64,000 nucleotides of DNA from an uncultured Pelagibacteraceae bacterium (lineage in GTDB: Bacteria > Pseudomonadota > Alphaproteobacteria > Pelagibacterales > Pelagibacteraceae), in contig CACIWX010000002.1 in NCBI GenBank assembly GCA_902590465.1, forward strand, positions 20,489 to 84,488, written 5' to 3'. The notes under the pieces were generated by a model. The model did no database searches and had not been told where the DNA came from. It saw nothing but the letters and a program-made list of their open reading frames with translations. The position numbers and the translations under genes were made by a program. Below, piece after piece: positions 50,817-60,761 of this stretch. The stretch's first letter is position 1. Every line of letters begins with the position of its first letter.

Positions 50817-51686
50817 ATGAGTTGTAAAGTTTCTTTCATAGGTCTTGGTGTAATGGGTTATCCCATGGCTGGTTATATATCAAAAGCCGGTCACAATGTA
50901 ACCGTTTATAATCGTACGAAAGCTAAAGCTGAGAAGTGGGCAAAGGAATATAAAGGTAATGTTGCTGATACTCCGATGGATGCTGCTAAAGATAGTGATT
51001 TTATTTTTACATGTGTTGGAAACGATAATGATTTAAGAGAAGTTACTTTAGGTGAAAAAGGATTGTTTAAAACTGCAAAAAAAGGTTCGATCTACATAGA
51101 TAATACTACTGCCTCGGCTAACATTGCTAGAGAGTTATATAAAGAAGCAAAAGCAAAAGGTTTTGATTTCTTAGATGCTCCTATTTCGGGCGGACAAGCT
51201 GGAGCTGAAGGTGGAATTTTAACGGTGATGGTTGGAGGTGATGAAGCTCCATTTAAAAAAGCTGAGCCAGTTATTGATTGTTATAGTAAGAAAATAAAAT
51301 TACTCGGACCATCCGGAAGTGGTCAATTAACTAAGATGGTTAATCAGATTTGTATTGCAGGCCTTGTTCAAGGTTTGTCGGAGGCAATTAACTTTGGAAT
51401 GAATGCAGGATTAAATATGCATGATGTAATTGAAGTTATTTCAAAAGGTGCTGCTCAGTCTTGGCAAATGGAAAATAGACATAAAACAATGATTGAAGAT
51501 AAATTTGATTATGGTTTTGCTGTTGATTGGATGAGAAAAGATTTAAAAATAGCAATGGATGAAGCTAAGAAAAACAACTCACCCTTGCCTATTACAAAAA
51601 TAATTGATGAATATTACGCTGAGGTACAAAAAATGGGTGGTCAAAGATGGGATACTTCAAGCTTAATTAAAAGATTTAGAAAATAA
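50817..51686 (+). CDS. NAD(P)-dependent beta-hydroxyacid dehydrogenase family
   Basis: FIGLGVMG, DAPISGG, KMVNQ, KDL. Confidence 0.9.
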   Translation: MSCKVSFIGLGVMGYPMAGYISKAGHNVTVYNRTKAKAEKWAKEYKGNVADTPMDAAKDSDFIFTCVGNDNDLREVTLGEKGLFKTAKKGSIYIDNTTASANIARELYKEAKAKGFDFLDAPISGGQAGAEGGILTVMVGGDEAPFKKAEPVIDCYSKKIKLLGPSGSGQLTKMVNQICIAGLVQGLSEAINFGMNAGLNMHDVIEVISKGAAQSWQMENRHKTMIEDKFDYGFAVDWMRKDLKIAMDEAKKNNSPLPITKIIDEYYAEVQKMGGQRWDTSSLIKRFRK

Positions 51687-51689
51687 GTT

Positions 51690-52298
51690 GTGTCAGAAAT
51701 AATAAGTTACTACGAAGATTCACAAGAGATAGAAAAAAAAATATGGGACCTTTTAACTAAAGCAGTTAAAGATAGATCTTCTGAGTTTAGAACGCCTGTG
51801 TTTATCTGTGGTAATGATAAAGATCTCGATGGTAGAGTTGTTGTCTTAAGAAAAGCAGATCAACAAAATAAGTTTATCCAATATCATAGTGATATTAGAT
51901 CTTCAAAAATTGAAAAAATTAAAAAAAATCCTAAGTGCTCAATTTTATTTTATGGTAAAGAGGAAAAAATACAACTTAGAGTTAAAGCTGAGTGCGAAGT
52001 AAATTATAATAATGATGTTACAAAAGAGTCTTGGGAAAAAACAGGGCATATCAGTAGAAAATGTTACTTAGTTACAAATGGACCTGGGACAAAGTCTGAA
52101 AAACCAACATCAGGTTTAGATAATAAATTCGATAACTTTGATTATACAAAAGATGAAAGCGAAGCTGGTTATAAAAACTTTTGTGTAATTAGATGTAAAA
52201 TTAAAAGTATTGAGTGGCTTTATTTAGCAGCTAAAGGTCATCGAAGAGCTTTAATTGATTTGAGTGAGTCTAAAAAATTTACTTGGTTAGTTCCCTAG
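51690..52298 (+). CDS. Pyridoxamine 5'-phosphate oxidase-like FMN-binding protein
   Basis: RVVVLR, SDIRSSK, QLRV, EWLYL...GHRRA. Confidence 0.8.
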   Translation: MSEIISYYEDSQEIEKKIWDLLTKAVKDRSSEFRTPVFICGNDKDLDGRVVVLRKADQQNKFIQYHSDIRSSKIEKIKKNPKCSILFYGKEEKIQLRVKAECEVNYNNDVTKESWEKTGHISRKCYLVTNGPGTKSEKPTSGLDNKFDNFDYTKDESEAGYKNFCVIRCKIKSIEWLYLAAKGHRRALIDLSESKKFTWLVP

Positions 52299-53096
52299 GT
52301 TTTTTGTTACTTTTTCTTTTGTAGAGCCTAAATTAACTTCATCAAAGTAAACAATCATATTTGGATACGGTTTATCTCCATGTTCCCTCTTCCAACCGCT
52401 GACAAATGTTTGATAAATTCCAAAATCTAATCCAACACCTCTTTTGGTATATGGCGTAATGTTTTTTATATTCTCTGAATTTAATACTAATTTATTATTA
52501 ATCCAAACCTTCATGAAACCAGTTTCCTCTCTTGAATATCGAGCATTGATAAGTACGTCTGTCCATTTACCCTTCATGTCATTTATCTTTATTGCTTTTT
52601 TCATCTCAACATACTCACCACTCCACATTCTTCCAACCTCTAACCATTCTCCACTTCTATCTGTCACCATAAGAATGGGCTTCCAACCTTTTTCATAGAG
52701 TTGAGCAAAAGTAGTTCTAACTGGAGCTACTGATTGATAGTCATTTGGCAAATAGATAGATGCGGAATACCAATGATCTTTTTTACCCATTTGATGTTTT
52801 TTGAATTGTAGCTCAGTTCTTTGTCTATCTTTTTTACAATCATCATGACCACTATCTTTACCGCAGTCACCTAATCTGACTTCAAATCTGTAAGATTTTT
52901 TTCCAGATCTCACAGGATGACCATCTTTACTATTAACTAAATTAAGAGAATATTTCTTTTTATGAGAGGTAGTTTTCTTTTTCACCTCAGTATTAGAAAC
53001 ATCTTTACTATTTTTGGCTTCCAGATTTGAGAAGCCTAAACATAAAATAGCAATTAAAAAAAAACTATTTCTTATATTTTTTAAAATTTTCGACAT
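52287..53096 (-). CDS. Secreted polysaccharide lyase / heparin lyase I-like protein
   Basis: PVRSGKKSYRFEVR.GDC, RQRTEL, WYSASIYLP, GKWTD, FGIYQ, YFDEV; start likely 53096. Confidence 0.7.
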   Translation of the reverse strand: MSKILKNIRNSFFLIAILCLGFSNLEAKNSKDVSNTEVKKKTTSHKKKYSLNLVNSKDGHPVRSGKKSYRFEVRLGDCGKDSGHDDCKKDRQRTELQFKKHQMGKKDHWYSASIYLPNDYQSVAPVRTTFAQLYEKGWKPILMVTDRSGEWLEVGRMWSGEYVEMKKAIKINDMKGKWTDVLINARYSREETGFMKVWINNKLVLNSENIKNITPYTKRGVGLDFGIYQTFVSGWKREHGDKPYPNMIVYFDEVNLGSTKEKVTKNLGN

Positions 53097-53568
53097 AGTC
53101 TCTAGCATTTTCTTTTATGTGTTCTATTTCTTCGTCAGTAACTTGTCTAACTACTTTACCAGGACTTCCGAGAACTAAAGATCTTTCAGGTATAACTTTG
53201 TTTTCTGTGACTAAAGCGTTTGCACCAATGATACAATTTTTTCCAATTTTAGTTTTATTTAATATTGTTGAACCAATTCCAATTAAACAATCATCTGCTA
53301 TCTCGCAGCCATGAAGCATAACCATGTGTCCTACTGTTACTCCATTTCCAACAATTGTTGGACAACCTGGATCAGTATGAATAACACTTCCATCTTGAAT
53401 GTTTGAATTTTCTCCAATGATGATTGGTTCAAGATCTCCTCTTAAAGTTGTATTGAACCAAATATTAGAATTCTTTTTAAGTTCTACTCGTCCAATAATA
53501 ACAGCATTGGGTGCAACCCAACTGCCTGGATCTATATTTGGAGTCTGTCCTTCAAAATCGTAAATCAT
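53065..53568 (-). CDS. Gamma carbonic anhydrase family protein
   Basis: LRGD, NIQDGSVIH, VGH.V.LHGC. Confidence 0.92.
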   Translation of the reverse strand: MIYDFEGQTPNIDPGSWVAPNAVIIGRVELKKNSNIWFNTTLRGDLEPIIIGENSNIQDGSVIHTDPGCPTIVGNGVTVGHMVMLHGCEIADDCLIGIGSTILNKTKIGKNCIIGANALVTENKVIPERSLVLGSPGKVVRQVTDEEIEHIKENARDYVENFKKYKK

Positions 53569-53609
53569 AATATTGCTGTAAAGTAATATTAATTAATTTA
53601 TAATACATT

Positions 53610-54167
53610 ATGGCTCTAACTAAAACCCCGGTTTGTGATTTTGGAAAAAAAGCTGAAGATTTCAAACTTAAATCCATCAATAATGAGTTAATTTCTCTAA
53701 ATGATATTAAAGGAGAAAAAGCTACTTTAGTGATGTTTATATGTAATCACTGTCCTTACGTGAAGGCTATTATAAAAAATTTAACAAAAGATTGTAACGA
53801 TTTAAAAAAAGAGGGAATAAATTCTGTAGCTATTATGTCAAATGATACTAACAATTATCCAGAGGACTCATTTGATAATATGATTAAATTTGCTCAAATA
53901 AATAATTTTGGTGAAATTAATTATCTCTTTGATGAGACACAAGAAATTGCAAAGAAATTTGGAGCTGTTTGTACACCTGATTTTTTTGGTTACAACAAAG
54001 ATTTAAAACTGCAATACAGAGGTCGATTTAGAGAATTAAAAGATTTAAAACCAATAAATTTTGGCGATAGTGATTTAAAAATAGCTATGAAAATGGTAGC
54101 TAAGACTCAAAAAGGCCCTGATGAACAGATACCAAGCATGGGCTGTAACATAAAGTGGTTTAATTAA
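53610..54167 (+). CDS. Thioredoxin/AhpC-like protein
   Basis: FICNHCPYV, YPEDS, CTPDFF, SMGCNIKW. Confidence 0.9.
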   Translation: MALTKTPVCDFGKKAEDFKLKSINNELISLNDIKGEKATLVMFICNHCPYVKAIIKNLTKDCNDLKKEGINSVAIMSNDTNNYPEDSFDNMIKFAQINNFGEINYLFDETQEIAKKFGAVCTPDFFGYNKDLKLQYRGRFRELKDLKPINFGDSDLKIAMKMVAKTQKGPDEQIPSMGCNIKWFN

Positions 54168-55252
54168 TGTTCTTGGTCGCTACAAGAAACTTTCCTCCTG
54201 AACTTGGAGGTATGCAAAATCTTATGGGAGGACTTTCTCATGCTTTATTAAATCATGGGCCAGTTAAAGTATTCGCAGAAAGTTTTGATAATGCAGAGGT
54301 ATACGATCAAAATTCTAAACTAGATATAGAGAGAATTTCTGGGTTTAAATTATTTAGAAAATACAGAAAAGCAAACCGTATAAAAGAATTTATTGAGTCT
54401 AATGAGATAAGGGCAGCTTTTTTTGATCACTGGAAGAGTATAGAAAATATTGAAACCAGTACATTAAAAAAAACTAAATCCTTTTGTTTAATTCATTCCA
54501 AAGAAATAAATCACCCAGTTGGCTCTTCATTAAATAAAAGAGTTTTACAATCATTAGGTAAAGCTGATCATGTCATAGCTAATTCAAGGTTTACTAAAGA
54601 ACTTGCTTTAAAGCTCGGAGTTAAAGATGTAACTGTTATAAATCCTGGATGCAATTATCCAATTCCAATTAATGATGAAGCAAAAAAATATGCAAATAGT
54701 ATTTATGGTAAATCCTCTCCCAAATTAATTACTATTTCAAGATTAGATGGAAGAAAAAGTCATTACAATGTTATGATGACTATTAAAAATATTTTACCTA
54801 AATTTCCAAATTTAAAATATGTTTCTGTCGGTGACGGCGATGAGGGAAACACTCTTTTAAAATTAAGAAAGTTTCTTAAGTTAGAAAATAATGTTGAGTT
54901 AATCTTTAAATGCACTGAGCAAGAAAAAGTGGCTCTACTTGAACAATCAGATATATTTGTTATGCCCTCAGTGGTTTATAAAAAGTCTGTAGAAGGGTTT
55001 GGTATAACTTACATTGAAGCAGCCTCTTACGGCAAACCGTCTATTGGAGGAATTTATGGTGGTGAAGGAGACGCGATTAAAAGTGGTCAAACAGGATACT
55101 TATGTAACGGAAATGATCTTAATGCAATTTACGATACTATCTTAAAAATATTATCTAATGATCATTACTTAAAATTAGGTTCTAATGCTTTAGAATTTTC
55201 AAAACAATTTAGTTGGAGTATAATAGTTAAAAAATATATTAATTTAATTTGA
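54167..55252 (+). CDS. Glycosyltransferase family 4
   Basis: FPPELGGMQ, SRL..RK, EGFGITYIEA. Confidence 0.9.
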   Translation: MFLVATRNFPPELGGMQNLMGGLSHALLNHGPVKVFAESFDNAEVYDQNSKLDIERISGFKLFRKYRKANRIKEFIESNEIRAAFFDHWKSIENIETSTLKKTKSFCLIHSKEINHPVGSSLNKRVLQSLGKADHVIANSRFTKELALKLGVKDVTVINPGCNYPIPINDEAKKYANSIYGKSSPKLITISRLDGRKSHYNVMMTIKNILPKFPNLKYVSVGDGDEGNTLLKLRKFLKLENNVELIFKCTEQEKVALLEQSDIFVMPSVVYKKSVEGFGITYIEAASYGKPSIGGIYGGEGDAIKSGQTGYLCNGNDLNAIYDTILKILSNDHYLKLGSNALEFSKQFSWSIIVKKYINLI

Positions 55253-56171
55253 ACTTTATTTCATTAATAACTGTTTCAACATTTAAATTTTTTAAATCTT
55301 TTACTGAAATAGCTTTAAAATTAAAGTTCTCAATACTTACTTTTTTAGCTGATGTGTGACTACCAAATAAAACTATTCCTTTTTTATCTAAATGAGAGGC
55401 GATATGCGCCGGACCAGTATCATTAGCTATAATAAATTTTGCACTGTATATCAATGACACTAAAGTTTTTATGTTAACAGGTTGGTTGTTTTCTAACATA
55501 ACTTTAGCATTTAGTTGATTAGCCTCCTCAACCTCGTCAGGGCCAGGAGCAAGAATTACTGAATATTTATTTTTAAATTCTTGTTTTAATTTTTGAATTA
55601 ACTCTTTGTAATAAGGCCATTTTTTATTTTTTAACTTAGGTGAACAAAAAGGAAATAAAAGAATATATTCTCTATTAGTATGCTGTTTAACCAAATGAGA
55701 AATATCTTCTATAGCCCAATTTAAATCCACATTTTTAGTAAATTCAGTTTCAATTCCACTTTTTTTAAGTTGCAATTCCATTCTATCTAATACGGGTTCT
55801 TGATCGAAGTCAGCTTTAGTTTGACCTGGCTCTAAGGAAGTTTCTGAAGATGACCATTCTGCATTTTTAATTATAAATTTTTTGTAAAATTTTGTTCTGC
55901 TAGAATTTTGTAAATCAAAAACTTTTGAAATATCGAACCTAGCTAAATTTTTTTTCAAATCTCTTAAATAAAAAAAATTCCATCTTGGTAGTCTTTTATC
56001 TATTATCACTCCATCTAGGTAGGGACATTCGGACATAAATATTGAATATGCTTGAGCAGTGAGTAAAAAAACTTTTCTATTTTTAAAAAAATTCTTTATG
56101 TCTTTAATGGCTCCATTAGCTTGTATTAAATCGCCTAAAGAACCATGTTTGATTATCAATATATTTGACAT
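55239..56171 (-). CDS. Glycosyltransferase family 9
   Basis: KHGSLGD, FDLQ, KKWP, NDTGPAHIA, LFG. Confidence 0.9.
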   Translation of the reverse strand: MSNILIIKHGSLGDLIQANGAIKDIKNFFKNRKVFLLTAQAYSIFMSECPYLDGVIIDKRLPRWNFFYLRDLKKNLARFDISKVFDLQNSSRTKFYKKFIIKNAEWSSSETSLEPGQTKADFDQEPVLDRMELQLKKSGIETEFTKNVDLNWAIEDISHLVKQHTNREYILLFPFCSPKLKNKKWPYYKELIQKLKQEFKNKYSVILAPGPDEVEEANQLNAKVMLENNQPVNIKTLVSLIYSAKFIIANDTGPAHIASHLDKKGIVLFGSHTSAKKVSIENFNFKAISVKDLKNLNVETVINEIKFKLN

Positions 56172-56217
56172 TATAAATTCTGAGTTTATTTAAAGAGTGA
56201 TATAGTAAAGTATAAAT

Positions 56218-56613
56218 ATGATCAACAAATTAAACAAAATTTTAGCAGAAATTTCAGCTGGGGAGCTGATTGATAAAATTACAATTTTAGAAATTAAAAA
56301 AGAGAAAATAACAGATAAAAAAAAACTTATAGATGTAGAAAAAGAATTATCTACATTAAATGAAACTATGAAAAAATTTCTACCTGACGAGACTTTAATT
56401 TCCACACATAAAAAAGAACTTAAAAATATTAATTTAAAATTATGGGATATCGAAGATGGAAAAAGGGCTGCAGAAAAAAATAACGACTTTGGAGAAAATT
56501 TTATTAAACTTGCTAGGAGCGTCTACAAATTAAATGATGAAAGGGCAAGAATTAAACTGGCCATTAACAATACTTTAGGATCTAATATTAAAGAAGTAAA
56601 ATCTTATAAGTAG
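56218..56613 (+). CDS. DUF6165-like protein
   Basis: ISAGELIDKITILEIK, LWDIED, LARSVY..NDERA.IK, EVKSY. Confidence 0.8.
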   Translation: MINKLNKILAEISAGELIDKITILEIKKEKITDKKKLIDVEKELSTLNETMKKFLPDETLISTHKKELKNINLKLWDIEDGKRAAEKNNDFGENFIKLARSVYKLNDERARIKLAINNTLGSNIKEVKSYK

Positions 56614-57411
56614 TTAATCTACTTTCAGGCTTGGGATAATAGATCTCAATTTTTTTGGTAATTTAGGATCTATAGAAACAGTTATAACTCCTTCAGATTT
56701 ATTTAATTCTTTCAAAATTTTTCCATCAGGTGAAATTATCATTGAATGACCAAACGTTTTTCTACCATTAAAATGTTTGCCACCTTGCGCAGGGGCAAAA
56801 ACATAACAAAAATTTTCTATGGCTCTTGCTTTTAATAATGAATGCCAATGTCTTTTACCTGTTGTTTCTGTAAATGCAGATGGAATTGCTAGAAAAAGTG
56901 ATCCAGCTTTTGACAATTTTCTGTACATATTTGGGAATCGTAAATCGTAACAAATTGAGAGTCCTACTCTACCCCAAGGAAGTTTGAACGATTTTAACTT
57001 TTTTCCAGCTAAAAATATCTTTGACTCAAAATATTTCTCTTTTTTGCTTAGTGTCGCATCGTACATATGTATTTTATCGTAATATGCTCTTATTTTTCCA
57101 CGTTTATCTATCAATACAGATCTATTAACTAATTTGTTTTTAGGTAATTTTATTATCAATGATCCAATTAAAATCCATTTTTTATATTTCCTTGCTAAGT
57201 TTTTAATTGATTTTAAATAAATATCTTTGGACATGGATGTACATTGACTTAAAAGTTGTTTTTTTTTAAGTGAGAATTTTGATGATACCTCGGGTGTTAA
57301 AATAAAATCAGTTTTTTCTTGGACGGCTTTAATTATTAATTTTTTTGTTCTAATTATATTATGATGAATATTGTTATTAGATTTTAGTTGTATACAAGAA
57401 ACTTTAAACAT
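56614..57411 (-). CDS. Carbon-nitrogen hydrolase (Nit1-like)
   Basis: TPE, YDKIHMYD, ICYDLRFP, RAIEN, GHSMI. Confidence 0.92.
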   Translation of the reverse strand: MFKVSCIQLKSNNNIHHNIIRTKKLIIKAVQEKTDFILTPEVSSKFSLKKKQLLSQCTSMSKDIYLKSIKNLARKYKKWILIGSLIIKLPKNKLVNRSVLIDKRGKIRAYYDKIHMYDATLSKKEKYFESKIFLAGKKLKSFKLPWGRVGLSICYDLRFPNMYRKLSKAGSLFLAIPSAFTETTGKRHWHSLLKARAIENFCYVFAPAQGGKHFNGRKTFGHSMIISPDGKILKELNKSEGVITVSIDPKLPKKLRSIIPSLKVD

Positions 57412-57481
57412 ATATATATTCTAACTTAATTAATAATACTCATCTATCTTAATTATTGGTGAAGAATAAGAATTAATTACA

Positions 57482-58207
57482 ATGATAAAAAAATATTTTA
57501 ATAAAAAATTACAAAGATTGTTTATCAGTAAAAATTTTATGAAAATTTTATACTTTTTTCATTATATTATTGGAGGACGTAACGCTAAGGATATAAATAT
57601 TTCATTTGATAATAGAAAGAAGAGATCTGAAATAGTTCAAAAAATTATAGACTTGAAAAATTATAAAAGTTATCTAGAAATTGGAACTTTTAAAGATGAT
57701 TTATTTAAGTATGTCAAATGTGAAAAAAAAATCGGTGTAGATCCTGTATCAGGAGGAAATGTTAGAAAAACAAGTGATGATTTTTTTAAGGACAATAATC
57801 ATACTTTTGACTTCATTTTTATTGATGGGCTTCATCATTATGCTCAAGTAAAAAAAGATATTTTAAATTCCCTAAAATTTTTAAATAAAGGTGGAATTAT
57901 AATGCTGCATGATTGTATGCCTAGAAATTATTACTATCAGGCAGTACCAAGATCGCAATTAAACTGGAATGGAGATACTTGGAAAGCTTTTTTAGAGGTA
58001 AGAACAAATAAAGATGTAGATACATATTGTTGTTACGCAGATGAGGGTCTGGGTGTAATTTTTAATAGAAAAAACAAAAATCCTTTAGAGTTAAATTTAC
58101 AAAATTTTAAAAAATTTAAATTTAATGATTACGTAAATAATTATAAAGAATATTTGAATTTAATAGAATACGATGAGCTAATTAAAATTGTTGAGAAATA
58201 TGAGTAA
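57482..58207 (+). CDS. Class I SAM-dependent methyltransferase
   Basis: YLEIG, GVDP, TSDDFF, FIDGLH, LHDC.P, WNGD.WK. Confidence 0.82.
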   Translation: MIKKYFNKKLQRLFISKNFMKILYFFHYIIGGRNAKDINISFDNRKKRSEIVQKIIDLKNYKSYLEIGTFKDDLFKYVKCEKKIGVDPVSGGNVRKTSDDFFKDNNHTFDFIFIDGLHHYAQVKKDILNSLKFLNKGGIIMLHDCMPRNYYYQAVPRSQLNWNGDTWKAFLEVRTNKDVDTYCCYADEGLGVIFNRKNKNPLELNLQNFKKFKFNDYVNNYKEYLNLIEYDELIKIVEKYE

Positions 58208-59069
58208 AGAGTTAACTCTAGTTTTTAGTTCTTTCAAAAGTGAACATTTGCTTAAAAAAATACTTACCCAGCTAAAAAATAAATATCAAATTATAATAAT
58301 TGAAAATTCATGCGATGTAAGTATAAAAAAAAGATTAGAAAATAGATTCAAAAATATTAGTGTTGTAATTCCCAAAAAAAATTTGGGCTTGGCTGCAAGT
58401 TATAATTTAGGTATTAAAAAAGCAAAAACTAAATTAGTTTTTTTAAATAATCCTGATTTAAAAATAAAAGATAAGGCAATAAAAAATCTTATTAAATGTG
58501 CAAAAATAATTAAAGATTTTGGAGTTATATCTCCTGTTTATAGGAATGAAAAAGAATATACAAATTATGAAATTTTATCTTTGAAAGATGTTTATTCACA
58601 AAAAATTTTTAAACAGTTTGATATTTTAGAAGTAGACTCAATTGATAATAATTTTTTAATTAATAAAAATATTGTAAAAAATAATTTATTTGATGAAAAG
58701 TTTTTTTTGTATTTTGAAACATTAGATTTTACTAAAAATCTTAAGATAAATGGAAAAAAATTATTTATAGCGAAAAAAATAAAATTTCATCACTATGGAT
58801 CTAGCTCATTGCCTAAGAATTATTCAAATTTAGTAAACAAAACAAGAGCTTTTCATTATAATTGGTCAAAGTTTTATTATTTTAAAAAAAATTTTAGTTA
58901 CTTGCATGCTCTAAAAAAAATATTTCCCAGTTTTGTTAAAATATTAATCAACTTAATGATAAACATTTTAAAAATGGATTTAAAAAATTTAAAAATAAAT
59001 GCTTTAGAATTACTTGGTATTTTTTCCGCAATTATTTTATTGAATTCTTACTATAGACCAAAAAATTAG
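58200..59069 (+). CDS. Glycosyltransferase family 2
   Basis: IIENS, NLG.A..YN.G, NNPD, FDEKFFLYFE; start likely MSKEL at 58200. Confidence 0.82.
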   Translation: MSKELTLVFSSFKSEHLLKKILTQLKNKYQIIIIENSCDVSIKKRLENRFKNISVVIPKKNLGLAASYNLGIKKAKTKLVFLNNPDLKIKDKAIKNLIKCAKIIKDFGVISPVYRNEKEYTNYEILSLKDVYSQKIFKQFDILEVDSIDNNFLINKNIVKNNLFDEKFFLYFETLDFTKNLKINGKKLFIAKKIKFHHYGSSSLPKNYSNLVNKTRAFHYNWSKFYYFKKNFSYLHALKKIFPSFVKILINLMINILKMDLKNLKINALELLGIFSAIILLNSYYRPKN

Positions 59070-60110
59070 TTATTTCATAATTGATGATGCGAAGTTCCAA
59101 TTACAGTCAAAACTTGGGATGTAAGCACCTGTTAATTTAACATTTCCGAAGCTTTTGGATAAAACTTTAGACCAATTGTCTACCTGTTTTGGCTTTTTAT
59201 CAGAACTTCCAACCTGAGCGGTAATCACCCCACCCTTTTTAAGAATTCTTTTCAGGCCCTTCATGTTCTTCTTAGCTAGATCTATGCAGTATTGATCATC
59301 ATTTAAATCAACAAAAATTTTATCGTATTTGGAATCTTCAATTTCTTTTATGCTTTTAAAAGCATCTCCCCAGAAAGTTTTAATTTTATTACTTTTTTTT
59401 ACTTTAGAGCAAACCTTTGGTAAATGACGATAACAAGTATCCACTATTTCAGGATCAAGTTCAAACCAATCAATATAATTAGAGTTATTTTCTAGGCATG
59501 CACGGGCTACACCGCCATCTCCACCTCCAATAATTGCTACGTTGTTATTTTTTTTACTTAAATCATAACTTGATTTAAAAAAATTTGAGCTATAAATTTT
59601 TTCATCTTTTTCTGCTACTTGAATTTCATGATCAATAAATAAAGCATTACCAAATTCTTCTAAGTCCATGACTTCCACGAACTGCCCTGCTTTTGAGGTG
59701 AATTTTTCTAAAACATTTTTAACAACATAAAATTTCTTTTGGCCAGGAGTGCTATAAATATCATCATAAAGACCAATACTGCTTCTATCAAAAGCGTTAG
59801 TAACCACTCTTTTATGTTCAATTTCATTTCTTAATATTTTTAAAGCAACTTTTGGATTTACTTTTCCACAAGTAAAAAAATCAAAACTAATTACTCCTCT
59901 CTCTGGAAAGGTGTGAAAACTAAAATGACTTTCTGATAATAAAGCGACTAAAGTAAAACCTTGCGGTTCAAATTTATGGGAAGCTACATTTAATATCTCG
60001 ACTTTTGCTGCTTTTGCGATTTTATAAATTACTTTTTCATAGAATTCGGGTGAATAATCCTTTTTTACACCTAAAAAATCGATGGTAATGTGCTCACCAA
60101 CTTTAATCAT
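59070..60110 (-). CDS. Fused S-adenosylmethionine decarboxylase / spermidine synthase (SpeD-SpeE)
   Basis: N-terminal HKFEPQG, LSESH..FHTFPE, DFFTCG; C-terminal IIGGGDGG, ELD, GDAF, FVDL. Confidence 0.9.
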   Translation of the reverse strand: MIKVGEHITIDFLGVKKDYSPEFYEKVIYKIAKAAKVEILNVASHKFEPQGFTLVALLSESHFSFHTFPERGVISFDFFTCGKVNPKVALKILRNEIEHKRVVTNAFDRSSIGLYDDIYSTPGQKKFYVVKNVLEKFTSKAGQFVEVMDLEEFGNALFIDHEIQVAEKDEKIYSSNFFKSSYDLSKKNNNVAIIGGGDGGVARACLENNSNYIDWFELDPEIVDTCYRHLPKVCSKVKKSNKIKTFWGDAFKSIKEIEDSKYDKIFVDLNDDQYCIDLAKKNMKGLKRILKKGGVITAQVGSSDKKPKQVDNWSKVLSKSFGNVKLTGAYIPSFDCNWNFASSIMK

Positions 60111-60116
60111 AAAAAA

Positions 60117-60761
60117 CTATCCCTTTTTATAATTTTTAAATTTTCCTAAGACTATTTTCATTTCTCTTTTTGAAAGAATCTTAGGTATTCCAATTCTTAG
60201 GGCATTTATATATTGATGGCAAATATTTTCGATCTCTTGAGCAAGCTCGAAAGTTTTTTTTAAATTTTCCCCAAACGCAACTTGTCCGTGATTAGCAATT
60301 AAACATGCTGATCTATTTTTTAGAGCTTTGATAATATTTTTAGAAAGATTTTTAGTTCCAAAAGTTGCATATTTACTGCATTTAATGTCTTCTCCTCCAG
60401 CTACTGCAACCATGTAGTGAAAAGCTGGAATACTTTTCTGATGGGTTGAAACCGCAGTTGCACAAGTAGAGTGTGCATGAACAATAGCTTTGGCCTTTTT
60501 TTTATTCACATATATATCTTGATGAAATCTCCATTCTGAGGATGGCTTACCTTTTTTTTTATCATAAACACCTTTAAGAGATACAAAAACAATATCCATG
60601 GGTTTCAGAGAACCATATTCTCTTCCTGAAGGAGTAATATAAAATCCGTTAACTCCTTTCTCTTTTGCTCTAACAGAAATATTTCCTGATCTTAAGGCGG
60701 ATAAATTAGTTATATTTAATTTTTTGGAATATTTTATTACTTCAGCTTTTATTTTATTCAC
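60117..60761 (-). CDS. Class II aldolase (FucA/Ald2/DrdA-like)
   Basis: SGNIS, ITPSG, PSSEWRFH, VHAHS, IPAFHYMVA, YATFGT, ANHG. Confidence 0.88.
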   Translation of the reverse strand: MNKIKAEVIKYSKKLNITNLSALRSGNISVRAKEKGVNGFYITPSGREYGSLKPMDIVFVSLKGVYDKKKGKPSSEWRFHQDIYVNKKKAKAIVHAHSTCATAVSTHQKSIPAFHYMVAVAGGEDIKCSKYATFGTKNLSKNIIKALKNRSACLIANHGQVAFGENLKKTFELAQEIENICHQYINALRIGIPKILSKREMKIVLGKFKNYKKG

